A program made the position numbers and the translations under genes. DNA of 64,000 bases, taken from positions 395,302 to 459,301 of the forward strand of contig JBFWNU010000003.1 in assembly GCA_050250895.1 (NCBI GenBank). Reading direction: 5' to 3'. Under the pieces are notes generated by a model. It was not told the DNA's origin, made no database searches, and saw nothing but the letters and a program-made list of their open reading frames with translations. Source of the DNA: Vulcanimicrobiota bacterium. Lineage in GTDB: Bacteria; Vulcanimicrobiota; Xenobia; Xenobiales; JADMJV01. Positions 8,667 to 18,135 of this stretch are shown one piece after another. The stretch's first letter is position 1. Each line of letters opens with the position of its first letter.

Positions 8667-11306
8667 TTAGTCGCGGCGAGAGAGGCGGCGCTCGAGCAGG
8701 CCCTCTTCCAGGTGCTCGGCCAGGTCTTGACGAGCCTGACGTGCCAGGCGGGTGGCTTCTTCAAAGCTATCCTCACCCACCTCGAGGGGAGCCAGAAAGG
8801 ACACCGTCACCCGCCCTCGGGCCGGCACCCAGTGACCCTGCGGCATCAGTTCGCGACTGCCGGCGATGGCCACCGGCTGCAGCACCGAGCCGCTGGCGGC
8901 GGCGGCTCGAAAGGCTCCCGTGGCAAAGCTGCGCAAGCCGGTGGCGGCCTCGATGCCGCCCTCGGGAAAGACCGCCATGCAAGCCCCCGACCGCAGTGCC
9001 GAGGTCATCTGGGTCAGGGCCTGATCAGCCTCGCCCAGGCCCCGGCGCACCAGGATGTGGTGGTCGACCAGGCCCCGCAAGAGAGGATGACGGGCTGCCG
9101 TCTGCGCCATCACGAAGCGCAGGTCGGGCTGGGCCGCCAGCAAGATCAGCGGGTCGAGCAGGCTGGCGTGGTTGGCTACCACACACAGGTTGGCGGCAGC
9201 AGCGGGGCAGCCACGCACTTCGAGCTCGATACCCAGGCGCCCAAAAAGGCGCGGCACGGCCTTTTCGACCGGCTGCCCGAGCTTGAGTTCGGCCCAGCAG
9301 GCCAGGGCGCAGCCCCAACTGTGGGCGGCCCGCGCCGCCCTCGACAGGCGGGGTAAAGAGCCTTCGAGCCAGGCCAGGCCGGCTCGGGCCAACCACTTGC
9401 CCGACAATCTGGGAGGGCGAAGCTCGTCTTCAAGATAGCGTCGCCTCGACTCGGCCCGGCGCACTTTGCCGCTGGGAGTCTTGGGCAGGGTGCGCGGGGG
9501 CAGCACCACCACCTCGGCGGGCAACCCCACCGCCTGCTGGACCTGAGCGCGGATGGCTTCCACCAGATTCGGCTGGGCCGCGCGGCCCTCGGCCAGCACC
9601 ACCAGCCTTTGACTGCCGTCGTGTTCGACCCCGAAGGCCACCACACACCCCGGACGCACACCCTCGAGGGTGGCCACCGAGGCCTCGATGTCGTGGGGGT
9701 GCAGATTGCGACCGGCCACGATGATCAGGTCTTTCTGGCGACCGGTGAGAAACAGCTCGCCGTCGAGCAGAAAGCCGAGGTCGCCGGTGTCATGCCAGGG
9801 ACGCTCGCGCCGCGGCTCGCCGAAGTAGCCGGCCATGACCGAGTCCCCGGCCACTTCCACTCGCCCCTGCCGGCGTTCGGGCAGGGCCGCCCCATTGGCG
9901 TCCACGATGCGCACTTGCATGTTCTCGAGCGGCAGCCCGCTCGAAACGAAGCTATTCTGACCGGCTTCGAGATGACCCTCGGAGGTCAGTTGCAGCTGCT
10001 CGACCCGCGTGCCCCGGCCGATCGGATTGAAGCTGACCGCCAGGGTGGCCTCGGCCAGGCCGTAGGCCGGAAACATCGTGCCTGGGCGAAAACCATAGGG
10101 CTCGAAGCGCTCGATGAAGGCCCGGGTGGTCTCGGCCAGAATCGGCTCGGCTCCGTTGAGGGCGATGCGCCAGCTGGAAAGGTCGAGCCCTTCCAACTCG
10201 TCGTCGCGCAGCTTATGGGCGCAGATAGCATAGGCGAAGTTGGGAGCCGCCGTCATGGTGCCGCGATAGTCCGAAAAGGCCCGTAGCCAGCGCACCGGCC
10301 GGCCCAGAAACTTCTCGGGCCCCATCACCACCAGCGGCAGGCCGTGCGAGAAGCTGCCCAAGGAGGTGCCGATCAGGCCCATATCGTGATAGAGCGGCAG
10401 CCAGCTGACCATCACATCGTGGGAGTCCATCGCAAAGCCAGTGCCGATGTCCCAGATGTTGGTCAACAGATTGCGGTGGGTCAGAGGCACGCCTTTCGGC
10501 TTGCCGGTGCTGCCCGAGGTATACTGCAGAAAGGCCAGGCTCTGGTCGGTCAGTTCAGCCATGGGAGCCACTCCGGCCCCGTGCAGGTTGCGGGGGCTGG
10601 TGATGGTGTGAAGGCTGGAACGTCGTCGCAGCAGCTCGGCCATGGGCCCTAGCGCCGGCAGAGTGACCAGCACCCGCGCTCCGGAGTTTTGTAGAATGGC
10701 GTCCTGGCGCAGGATGAAGTCCTCGGCCTGATCGAGGCGCAAAGGCGGATAGAGCGGCACGCCCACGGCCCCGATCCAGAGGCAGCCATAGAAGACGGTG
10801 AAAAAGTCGAGGCTGGTGGGCAACATGATGGCCACTCGCTCGCCGGGACGAACCCCCAGCGCCAGCAGGCCCGCGCCCATCCGGCGGGCCTGGGCCACCA
10901 GTTCGCTATAGGAAGGAGCGGCCGCTTCGGCCTTGCCGTCGAGCAGCACCAGGGCGGTCTGGTCCGGTTGCTGTTCGGCCTGATACACCAGCGCCTCGAG
11001 CAGGGTCTGGCTGTGGAGAGGGCGGGCCGGCATCTGGCGCCCGCTGACCACCGTCTGCTGATGACTCTCACGGGACGGGCTTTGGCCCAGCAATTCGCTC
11101 ACCTGGCGAGCCGTAAAGACGGCCCGTTCATCCACCGGCCGGCCCAGCCGCTCTTCCAGGCGGCGCACCAGTTCGAGCCGTTCCAGGCTACCCAGCCCCA
11201 GGTCGACTTCTAGCTCTGAGGCCAGGGTGGGAGGGGGAAAGTCTTCCGAGAGCTGGTGGGACAGCTCGCCCACGACCTCCAGTACGATATCCTGTTCAGC
11301 GCGCAC
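8667..11306 (-). CDS. Acyl carrier protein - fatty acyl-AMP ligase - PlsC-type acyltransferase fusion
   Basis: DLGLGSLERLEL (ACP); FLQYTSGSTGKPKG, WLPLYHDMGLIG, AYGLAEATL, LPKTPSGK (FAAL); NHASLLD and FPEG (acyltransferase). Confidence 0.9.
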   Translation of the reverse strand: MRAEQDIVLEVVGELSHQLSEDFPPPTLASELEVDLGLGSLERLELVRRLEERLGRPVDERAVFTARQVSELLGQSPSRESHQQTVVSGRQMPARPLHSQTLLEALVYQAEQQPDQTALVLLDGKAEAAAPSYSELVAQARRMGAGLLALGVRPGERVAIMLPTSLDFFTVFYGCLWIGAVGVPLYPPLRLDQAEDFILRQDAILQNSGARVLVTLPALGPMAELLRRRSSLHTITSPRNLHGAGVAPMAELTDQSLAFLQYTSGSTGKPKGVPLTHRNLLTNIWDIGTGFAMDSHDVMVSWLPLYHDMGLIGTSLGSFSHGLPLVVMGPEKFLGRPVRWLRAFSDYRGTMTAAPNFAYAICAHKLRDDELEGLDLSSWRIALNGAEPILAETTRAFIERFEPYGFRPGTMFPAYGLAEATLAVSFNPIGRGTRVEQLQLTSEGHLEAGQNSFVSSGLPLENMQVRIVDANGAALPERRQGRVEVAGDSVMAGYFGEPRRERPWHDTGDLGFLLDGELFLTGRQKDLIIVAGRNLHPHDIEASVATLEGVRPGCVVAFGVEHDGSQRLVVLAEGRAAQPNLVEAIRAQVQQAVGLPAEVVVLPPRTLPKTPSGKVRRAESRRRYLEDELRPPRLSGKWLARAGLAWLEGSLPRLSRAARAAHSWGCALACWAELKLGQPVEKAVPRLFGRLGIELEVRGCPAAAANLCVVANHASLLDPLILLAAQPDLRFVMAQTAARHPLLRGLVDHHILVRRGLGEADQALTQMTSALRSGACMAVFPEGGIEAATGLRSFATGAFRAAAASGSVLQPVAIAGSRELMPQGHWVPARGRVTVSFLAPLEVGEDSFEEATRLARQARQDLAEHLEEGLLERRLSRRD

Positions 11307-11451
11307 GGCCGGGCTTTCCGCGGGGGGCGGTCACTTCCTTCCGTGACTGGCTACAAGCCTCAGGTCTCGAGGCCGAAACCGCCGTCGGGCCCGAATGGGT
11401 GGCATTAGAAGGCGAAGGGCCGTCAGCCGGTTGGAGTCGTCCCTGAAGTAG

Positions 11452-12306
11452 TTGGTAGTCGTTTGCGTACGGCCCGGGTCGAGAACCCGGGCGATCGCCG
11501 GCCATCTCGAAGAGCTGCCGCTGTTTTCCAAAGCCTGCGAAGAGAACCGAATCTGCTGGTCCAATCTGCGCGTGGTCACCCGCATCGTGACGCCCGAGAC
11601 CGAAGAGGCCTGGCTTGACCTGGCGGTGCGCCTCAAGCCTCATCGGCTGGCCCGCCTGGTGGCCGGGGCCAATCGCGGTGACACTCCGGCCGAGGCGGCC
11701 CTGAATATGGTAGAAGAGGTCGAGCTTCGTTTTCGGGTGACTCCCGAGGTGTCCGAGCTGTGGTCGCGAGCGGTGACCGTAATCTCGAGAGACAATGGGG
11801 GTACGGTCAATCCGGCCGAGGCGTTCGAATGGATCCTGGCCGACTTTCTGGGTGGCCAGGTAGAGCAGCTCAAGGTTGAGGCCGCCCAGGAGCTGGTCGC
11901 TCCGGTCGAGGCGCTGGCAATGCAGACACACGTGTGTCAGGGCGAGTCGAAGTTGCAATTGGCCGGACGGTTGAGGTTCAATCCCAGCAAGCGGCAGGCG
12001 ACTGCCGCCCAGCGCCGGGCAGTGCTGCGGCGGGATGGCTATCGCTGCTCTTGTCCGGGTTGCCCCAATCAACTCTGACTCGATGTGCATCACGTGGTGT
12101 TCTACTGTCGCGGCGGACCGACGGTGCCCGAGAATCTGGTGGTGGTGTGCTCGCGCTGCCACAAGAACATCCATCAGGGCATCCTGCGCGTGAGCGGGGT
12201 GGCTCCCCAGGGGCTGGTCTGGCGCGATCGCCGCGGACGTGATCTCGAAGGCCAGCGCGAGAGCGGGCTATTGGAATGGCTGCTGGAATGGGCTCGAGCT
12301 GGCTAA
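11452..12306 (+). pseudogene. DUF222-like HNH endonuclease, 5'-degraded, in-frame TGA at 12076-12078
   Basis: RRDGYRCSCPGCPNQL*LDVHHVVFYCRGGPTVPENLVVVCSRCHKNIHQG continues in the same frame across the stop. Confidence 0.8.
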
Positions 12307-12548
12307 GTTGCGGCGACGGTTCGTACCGAGCAACGCGCTCTTCATCCCAGCTATGCCATTGAATCGCTAAATTCGCGTTCGAACTCGAGAAGCTGAGATT
12401 CAGAGGCTCGGGCCACACGAAAGTCGGTTGACCCAATCTCAACAAGCTTCTTTTTGACTTCGTCCCTCATCGTTTGAGCCCAGCCATCCTTCGGAGAAGT
12501 TCTCGCGACGGCCAGCGCCCCGGCGGGTTTCGGTTGAAGCAGAACCGA

Positions 12549-12800
12549 TCACTCGTAGATTTTTCCTACAAGAAAGATCCTCGCAGCCAATCTCCAGGGC
12601 TCCGTGGACGGATCGACCTCTTTCGTATTCTCGAAAAACGGCATTTTCAACCAGGCGGATACGGCGTCCAAATAATTTTCTACCTTCCAATGCGCCCAAT
12701 CATCCGGAAAGGTAGCACAATCGCGCGAAAGAACTTCCAGAAATTTGGCAAGGTCTTCACGTGAAGCGACTGCATCTGCCATTTTTTCAAGATCATTCAT
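12549..12800 (-). CDS. Small AT-richer protein resembling polymorphic-toxin immunity proteins (DUF7660-like)
   Basis: VASREDLAKFLEVL..D....WA.WKVENYLDAVSAWL....P..EPWRLAARIFLVGKIYE; RBS GAGGAG upstream. Confidence 0.6.
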   Translation of the reverse strand: MNDLEKMADAVASREDLAKFLEVLSRDCATFPDDWAHWKVENYLDAVSAWLKMPFFENTKEVDPSTEPWRLAARIFLVGKIYE

Positions 12801-12938
12801 GATACCACCCCACTCCTCGTTCTTGGATGGATCCCCCCTCCATTTGTCAATGGAAATATTTCGCCTTCGATAGCAAAGATCCTAATCGGTGGTGTATCCT
12901 AGGCGGTAAGGCGTTCCGTTCGAAGGTCCCTCAGCTCG

Positions 12939-14055
12939 TCAACCTCCGAACCTGCGACCCTCGCGGTCTCGGAAAGTCAGGTCGTCGGGGGCAGTCCCAT
13001 CGATGAAGAGAAAGCCGTCGTGGACGTTGCGATGGCAGGCCGTGCACAAGAAAATCAAGTTATCCGGCACGGTCAGGCCGCCCAGGGCGAAGAAGCGGAT
13101 ATGATGGGATTGCAACCAGATATGGTTCGGGCAGTCGGGAGTCTGGCAGCAGTAGCAGTCGCGAATCTTGAGGGCTTCGGTCTGCGCCGGAGTGAGGCCG
13201 CGGGCGTCGGGGTTGAAGCGGAGCTTCGATGAGACCTCCCAGTGGGGCTCGGCCCGACAGGCCAACTCGACCGCGGAGTTGCCGGGGCACTCTTGGCCGT
13301 CGACCGCGGTGGTGGCCATGAAGAACTCGTCCCCCGGGGGACGAACGCCGAGCTCTTGAGCCAGTTCGTGAGCCTTCCGGATGGGGTCGGCCAGTTTGCG
13401 CCGGCGCGAAGCCGCCACCGCGGCCGCTCGGGCCCGCATCCCCTCGAGGTCCTTGTCGGTGACCGGAGCGGTCTGCAGACGTTGAGCCAACAAGAGGGCC
13501 AGAGCCTCTTTAAGCTCGACCTTGCGCCCCAGTTCGAGGGAAAGCGAATGCAAGGCCAACTTCAGCAGTTCGGCCGTCTCGGGGTCGAGGTGGAGGGTGA
13601 TCTCTTCGGTCTCCACCTTGGTGGGAGAAAGCTCACCGGGCAGGCCGCCTTTGGGAGTGGCGGCCACCAGGCGCCGGATAACCGAAGTGGAATATAGCGA
13701 GGCCAATTCGAGCCAGAGTTTTTCGGTTTCGGGAGTGGCTTTGCTGGCTCTCGCGCAGCTTGGCCCAACCGATGTCGCCTCGTTCGGCGGCCGCGGTGAG
13801 TTGGGGCAGGGCTTCGAGTTGGCGGGCCACGCGACGACAGGCGTTGGCCTCCTTCTTGGTCACTCCCAGCAGCCGGATGGCATAGTGGATCGGGCCGCTG
13901 CAGCCAAAGTCCTGGTAGCGACCGGTAACTTGAAGAGCCAGCAAACAGCGGCCGAGGATGATGCGATGGATGACCAGGCCGGTGCTGGCGCGCCGGGCCA
14001 TATGATGAAGGGCTTCAGGTTCGAGGGCATGAGTGTTTTCTTGAAGTGGTTTCAT
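12939..14055 (-). pseudogene. DUF222-like HNH endonuclease, frameshifted near 13750
   Basis: ORF 14055-13633 (..GDIGWAKLRE) joins the other frame (ASKATPETEKLWLEL..) and ends RDCYCCQTPDCPNHIWLQSHH..CTACHRNVHDG; paralog of 11452-12306. Confidence 0.8.
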
Positions 14056-14597
14056 ACGCCTATTTTACCGTGACAACGGCTGTTCGAGCAAAAGGAAGAA
14101 CAGGAGAAAACGGCTTGGGTATAGGGTTTTTCGGTTGTCTGGGTGATGATGTGCGGGCTTGGAGTGAGCGTTGATGACGCGAAAGTCAGATTTCTGATTG
14201 GAGGCTCGCATAGGGGGCACGAGGCGGCTCTATGGCGCTGTTTGGGAGCGAGATCGCCTGGGCCCGTGTGGTGAGCGAATCGGTTTTTTTTTCAGAAAAT
14301 CCCCCGGGGGACCGGCGCGAGACACCCAGGTTCAGCTCGGGTGACCGCTGTCGCCGACCTTCCCCCGACCGGGCTAAACGACTCACCTCGACCAGGGTTT
14401 GTGGCGGATGATGTCTTCTCGTTGCATCTACGACAAAGGATACGCGGCGGAGGCTCCTTCAAACCCCGCGCCGAGTAAGAAGCGCTCGGAAGCGGTTATT
14501 CGGATCTGTCGTAGTCTCCCAAATCAAAATCTAGCCACCTGTCCAGCTTCGGCAACCTGGGGCAGTCTTCCGCCAGGAAGTCCCCCTGGGACGCGCG

Positions 14598-15053
14598 CTA
14601 GCGAGGGCGCTTCTTGGCGCATAGAGACCGCCAAGTCCCCGGCGGCGTCTCGGCTAACCAGTCGACCTGGGGATGGAACTTCTGCAGTGTCTCGATGAGC
14701 CATGGGAAATTGTGTTTGGCCAGGCTATCCGGCTCGAGACTGCAGAGCACTCGGAATTGTTCGCGCAAGGCAGAGAGCTCGGCATCCTGGGCCAGCATCA
14801 AGGCGGTCAACCGAAGCCTGAGCAGGCTGCTGTCTGGCAGTTCAGACACCCCTTCTTCTAAGACTGTCCGCTCCAACTCTCGGTTGCCAGTAATGGCTTC
14901 GACCGAAGAGAGATAAGACCACAACAGAGGCTCGCGCCGACATTCCGGCCGTTGCAGGCCTTGTCGTAAGACTTCACGGGCCTCTAGGTAGAGCTTTCTC
15001 GAACCCAGTTCGGTCGCCCGGCTAAGGACCTTCGACGCAGTTTTCGGTTTCAC
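14598..15053 (-). CDS. Hypothetical TPR-like helical protein (candidate immunity partner)
   Basis: Helical pattern EAREVLRQGL..P..LW..L..VE; lies directly downstream of the M91 peptidase. Confidence 0.5.
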   Translation of the reverse strand: MKPKTASKVLSRATELGSRKLYLEAREVLRQGLQRPECRREPLLWSYLSSVEAITGNRELERTVLEEGVSELPDSSLLRLRLTALMLAQDAELSALREQFRVLCSLEPDSLAKHNFPWLIETLQKFHPQVDWLAETPPGTWRSLCAKKRPR

Positions 15054-15118
15054 GTCTGGTGGCCAACCGGCATGGGCGTCGCCCTTCTTGCTCGAGCCAT
15101 TTCAACTCCGGCCAGCTC

Positions 15119-15694
15119 TTAGTAGTATTGGCGCCGGGGCATCAGTAAGGCCCGGCGCAAATCGTTCTCGGCGGGTCTCTCCAACGGGATTCTGCCGGGA
15201 TAGTCGAGCCCCACGGCGTCCAATTCCGACTTCTCCACTTGTTCCCGTTCACCTGGGCTCGGATTCCATGCATGTCCAGTCGCCATCGTGCCGGTCGCGG
15301 CGTCCACCGCGTGAGCTAGCTCATGCCCCAGGGTCACCGCCGTGGGAGCGATCACACCCGCGTCGGTATCAGCCCCATCAAACATCTTGATAGAGCTATC
15401 TGAGCCGGCTCCGGGCCGGCCGTCCGGGCGTCGGTGACCGGTCTCCTCGTCGTAGTCCATCTCCGGGTCGTTCTCCATGGTCTCGCGGACGGTGACCCGT
15501 TTGCCGCTGGCGTCGAGGCGGCGGAGCAGGTCTCGCCCCTCGGGAAAGGAGCGAAGGGCGTCGATATCAGCCTTGACCCGATCGAGGAACCTCTTTCTGC
15601 CTCGCAAGGTCAGGGAGTGGCCGAGGCCGTTGGAGCCGGGAGGGAGCGTGACCCTGTGGTCCTCAGGTCTTCGGCCATGCCGGTATTCTGGCAC
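15119..15694 (-). CDS. Peptidase M91 (NleD-like effector-type zinc metallopeptidase)
   Basis: GRDLLRRLDASGKRVTV, DGRPGAGSDS, TLGHELAHAVDAATGT, ELDAVGL, ENDLRRAL..PRRQYY. Confidence 0.85.
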   Translation of the reverse strand: MPEYRHGRRPEDHRVTLPPGSNGLGHSLTLRGRKRFLDRVKADIDALRSFPEGRDLLRRLDASGKRVTVRETMENDPEMDYDEETGHRRPDGRPGAGSDSSIKMFDGADTDAGVIAPTAVTLGHELAHAVDAATGTMATGHAWNPSPGEREQVEKSELDAVGLDYPGRIPLERPAENDLRRALLMPRRQYY

Positions 15695-15803
15695 TACGGC
15701 TTTGGGTGTGATTTTGGATTGAACGGGCCAAAGGTTAAGAGTTTAGTTTTGCAGCCACCGCGTCTCCGCCAGGGGCCGGGACGAGCGACGCGAATTGAGA
15801 GCT

Positions 15804-16205
15804 ATGAATTTCTCTCAAGGTGAGCTGGGGGCCGCGCTGGTGGGCATGGTCAGCGGACTGTCGCTGGCCTGGTTGGCCTTGGGCCTGCGCTATCGGCTGA
15901 TGATCTCCAAGCTGGTGGCAAAAGCCCGCGGCCAGGCGCTCAAAGCCAGCGGGGCGGTGCTCAAGGGACAGGCCGCTGAACAACTGGCGCCTCTAAGCGG
16001 GGGCTTCCCGTACCTGCCGGCCGACGCTCGCTTCTTGGGCAGTCCCATCGACTATCTGGTCTTTGATGGACTGTCCGAGGAGGGCCCGCTCGAGATCGTC
16101 TTTGTCGAGGTCAAGACCGGGCAGTCGCGACTCACGGCCCGCGAGCGGCGGGTGCGCGAGGCCGTCGAGGCCGGTCGCTGCCGGTGGGAAGAACTGCGAC
16201 TATAG
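15804..16205 (+). CDS. Holliday junction resolvase-like endonuclease (Endonuc_Holl family)
   Basis: N-terminal TM; EQLAP..YLPADARFLGSPIDYLVFDGL..IVFVEVKTG. Confidence 0.85.
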   Translation: MNFSQGELGAALVGMVSGLSLAWLALGLRYRLMISKLVAKARGQALKASGAVLKGQAAEQLAPLSGGFPYLPADARFLGSPIDYLVFDGLSEEGPLEIVFVEVKTGQSRLTARERRVREAVEAGRCRWEELRL

Positions 16206-16604
16206 CCAGCCTTCGTCGGTCAGGATTTCGACCGCGGCGGCGATGAAGTGGCGGCTCTTGGCCAGGGCCTCGTCGGCCATCGATTCGTTGAACACGGCGG
16301 CCGCATCGTAGTCGGCCGATTCTCGGTGGGCCTGCAACTCGCTTAGCCAGCCGACCATCTCGGCCGGTAGCCGGCCGGTGCGAGCAAAATCGCGATGCAG
16401 AACGTGAATCACACCGCGGTGAGTGCGCACCTCGATGCCTTCCATCAGGAGCAGCGCCCGAGCATGGTGGAAGGCCGCGTAGTAGGCATGGGTCATGGTG
16501 CCTTCGAGCAATCCCGAAGCCCGCAACAGTCGCGCGCTCTCGAGATCGCGGCCGGCGCGCTCGACCTCGAGCCGGATGTTAGAGCGGCGATTGGATTCGG
16601 TCAC
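16200..16604 (-). CDS. HEPN domain protein (toxin)
   Basis: AYYAAFHHARALL, THRGVI, RESADY. Confidence 0.88.
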   Translation of the reverse strand: MTESNRRSNIRLEVERAGRDLESARLLRASGLLEGTMTHAYYAAFHHARALLLMEGIEVRTHRGVIHVLHRDFARTGRLPAEMVGWLSELQAHRESADYDAAAVFNESMADEALAKSRHFIAAAVEILTDEGWL

Positions 16605-16930
16605 ACCGGAATCCCCTCGCGTTGAATGTCTTGAGCTAAACGGCGTTCGAGTTGCAGCAGGCGCTCGAAGTGACTTTCGGCCATGACCATGGGAGCGATG
16701 GGGAAAGCATAGTCGAATTCTTCGTAAAGCGGATGGAGCAGGCTAAACAGCCTTTCATGCAGTTGGGGATCGACCTCATCCACCAGTACGCAGAGGTCGA
16801 GATCCGAGTCGGGGCCGGCCTCTCCGCGGGCCACCGAGCCGAAGACCACGACCCGCTTGAGCCGCGAAGGAAACAGCTCGAGGGCCCGGCGTTTGAAGCC
16901 CTCGGCGGCCCGGCGAAAGGTCTCGTTCAT
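16601..16930 (-). CDS. Minimal nucleotidyltransferase (MNT) antitoxin
   Basis: VVVFGSVARGEAGPDSDLDLCV; ends IQREGIPV; 4-nt overlap with the HEPN gene. Confidence 0.9.
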   Translation of the reverse strand: MNETFRRAAEGFKRRALELFPSRLKRVVVFGSVARGEAGPDSDLDLCVLVDEVDPQLHERLFSLLHPLYEEFDYAFPIAPMVMAESHFERLLQLERRLAQDIQREGIPV

Positions 16931-16986
16931 CGGATCTGGGTTCGGGTTCGGGTGGCTCGGCGCCTGCGCAGACAGGCCCACCCGGG

Positions 16987-17430
16987 TCAGCGCTGGCGGC
17001 ACATGAGAAAATAACGGTTGCGTTCCTCAAAGCCGAGGCGGGCATAAAGCTCGCGAGCCCGGTGGTTGGTATGATCCACTTCCAGGTGCATCACCCGGAT
17101 GCCGAGCTGGTCGGCCTGTTCGATGGCTAGCTCGAGCGCCCGAGTGCCGATGCCCTGAGAACGGGATTGTGGCTGGATATAGAGGTCGTCGATGAAGGCG
17201 TCGCGTCCCCCCAGCTCGAGACTAAAGCCAAAGGTCATGGCCAGATAGCCGACCGGCTCGCCGGCGCGCACCAGCCAGAGGCGACCCAGAGCCGGCTCGG
17301 CCAGAAGCTGGGCCAGGGCGGCGCGGGCCTGACGGGGTTCGAAGTGCGACTCGACCTCGGCATAGAAGGCCTGCATCGCAGTCGTCAGCCAATCGAGATC
17401 CTCCCGGTTGGCCGGGGTCAGTTCGATCAC
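16987..17430 (-). CDS. GNAT N-acetyltransferase
   Basis: IDDLYIQPQSRSQGIGT, LEVDHTNHRARELYARLGF. Confidence 0.9.
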   Translation of the reverse strand: MIELTPANREDLDWLTTAMQAFYAEVESHFEPRQARAALAQLLAEPALGRLWLVRAGEPVGYLAMTFGFSLELGGRDAFIDDLYIQPQSRSQGIGTRALELAIEQADQLGIRVMHLEVDHTNHRARELYARLGFEERNRYFLMCRQR

Positions 17431-18113
17431 TGACCGAAGTAGAAGTTGGCTAGATTCTCGACCTGTCGCCCGGCCGGGTAGGTGGCCAGAGCGGCGGCTT
17501 TAGCGGCCTCGAGGGGAGTGGCTCCTTTGGCCACCTGGGCTTCGGCCTGTCGGGCCGCAGACACCAGGTCTCGCAGACTGAGCGGTTTGCCTCCCAGCGA
17601 ACCCTGCGCTTGCAGGTCGGCACAGACGCTGTGCAGTTGGACGAGCTGGAAGGACGGCCGACCCTGCAGAGAGGGAGCCACCTGGGCACAAAGGTCCGCC
17701 TTCTCGAAGAGCGACAGTTCAGGCGCGTCCAAAGGCTGGCTGTGTTCGTGGCTCAGCACGGCGATGAAACGAGCGCTCGGGTTGGCTTCCATCAAGACTT
17801 CCAGATCCAGTTGGCGCGAGGGTGTAGCCTGGTCGAGGTTAACGCAGATGACCACGCCGCCTTCCTCGGCCACGCTGGCCGCTGCGGTCGGCTGAAAAGT
17901 CACCTGCCCCTCTGGCGTTAAGCTGTATTGGCCTAACACTTCGTCGGCGGGAAAGTGGATTTGGGTGTAGGGCTTGCCCAGGTCTTTGGCGTGGGCCTGA
18001 GCCGTCGCCACCGTGTCCTGCGGACCCGTCAGCACCATGTCAAGGCGGGCCGGCAGTCGCCCGGGACCGGCCGTGAAAGCTTGGCGTGCAGCCGCGTGTG
18101 AGATAGCGTGCAT
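17427..18113 (-). CDS. Degenerate AAA_5/midasin-like domain protein
   Basis: MVLTGP (no GKT), EVLGQY..VTFQP..AEEGGVVICVNLDQA, NPSARFIA, LSLRDL; RBS AGGAGG. Confidence 0.6.
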   Translation of the reverse strand: MHAISHAAARQAFTAGPGRLPARLDMVLTGPQDTVATAQAHAKDLGKPYTQIHFPADEVLGQYSLTPEGQVTFQPTAAASVAEEGGVVICVNLDQATPSRQLDLEVLMEANPSARFIAVLSHEHSQPLDAPELSLFEKADLCAQVAPSLQGRPSFQLVQLHSVCADLQAQGSLGGKPLSLRDLVSAARQAEAQVAKGATPLEAAKAAALATYPAGRQVENLANFYFGQ

Positions 18114-18135
18114 GGATGGACTCCTCCTGATGGAT

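Noticed and set aside
12076-12078. In-frame TGA aligned to Trp, suggesting TGA recoding or selenocysteine
   Set aside because: Many conserved genes here end in TGA with ATGA/GTGA overlaps (standard code 11). The position is Trp, not Cys, in the paralog, so a TGG>TGA nonsense change is simpler.
15695-15750. Possible regulon promoter upstream of the M91 peptidase (similarly upstream of 24151- and 44696-)
   Set aside because: The boxes mismatch or the spacing is off by 1-2 nt, so these were not counted among the seven copies.
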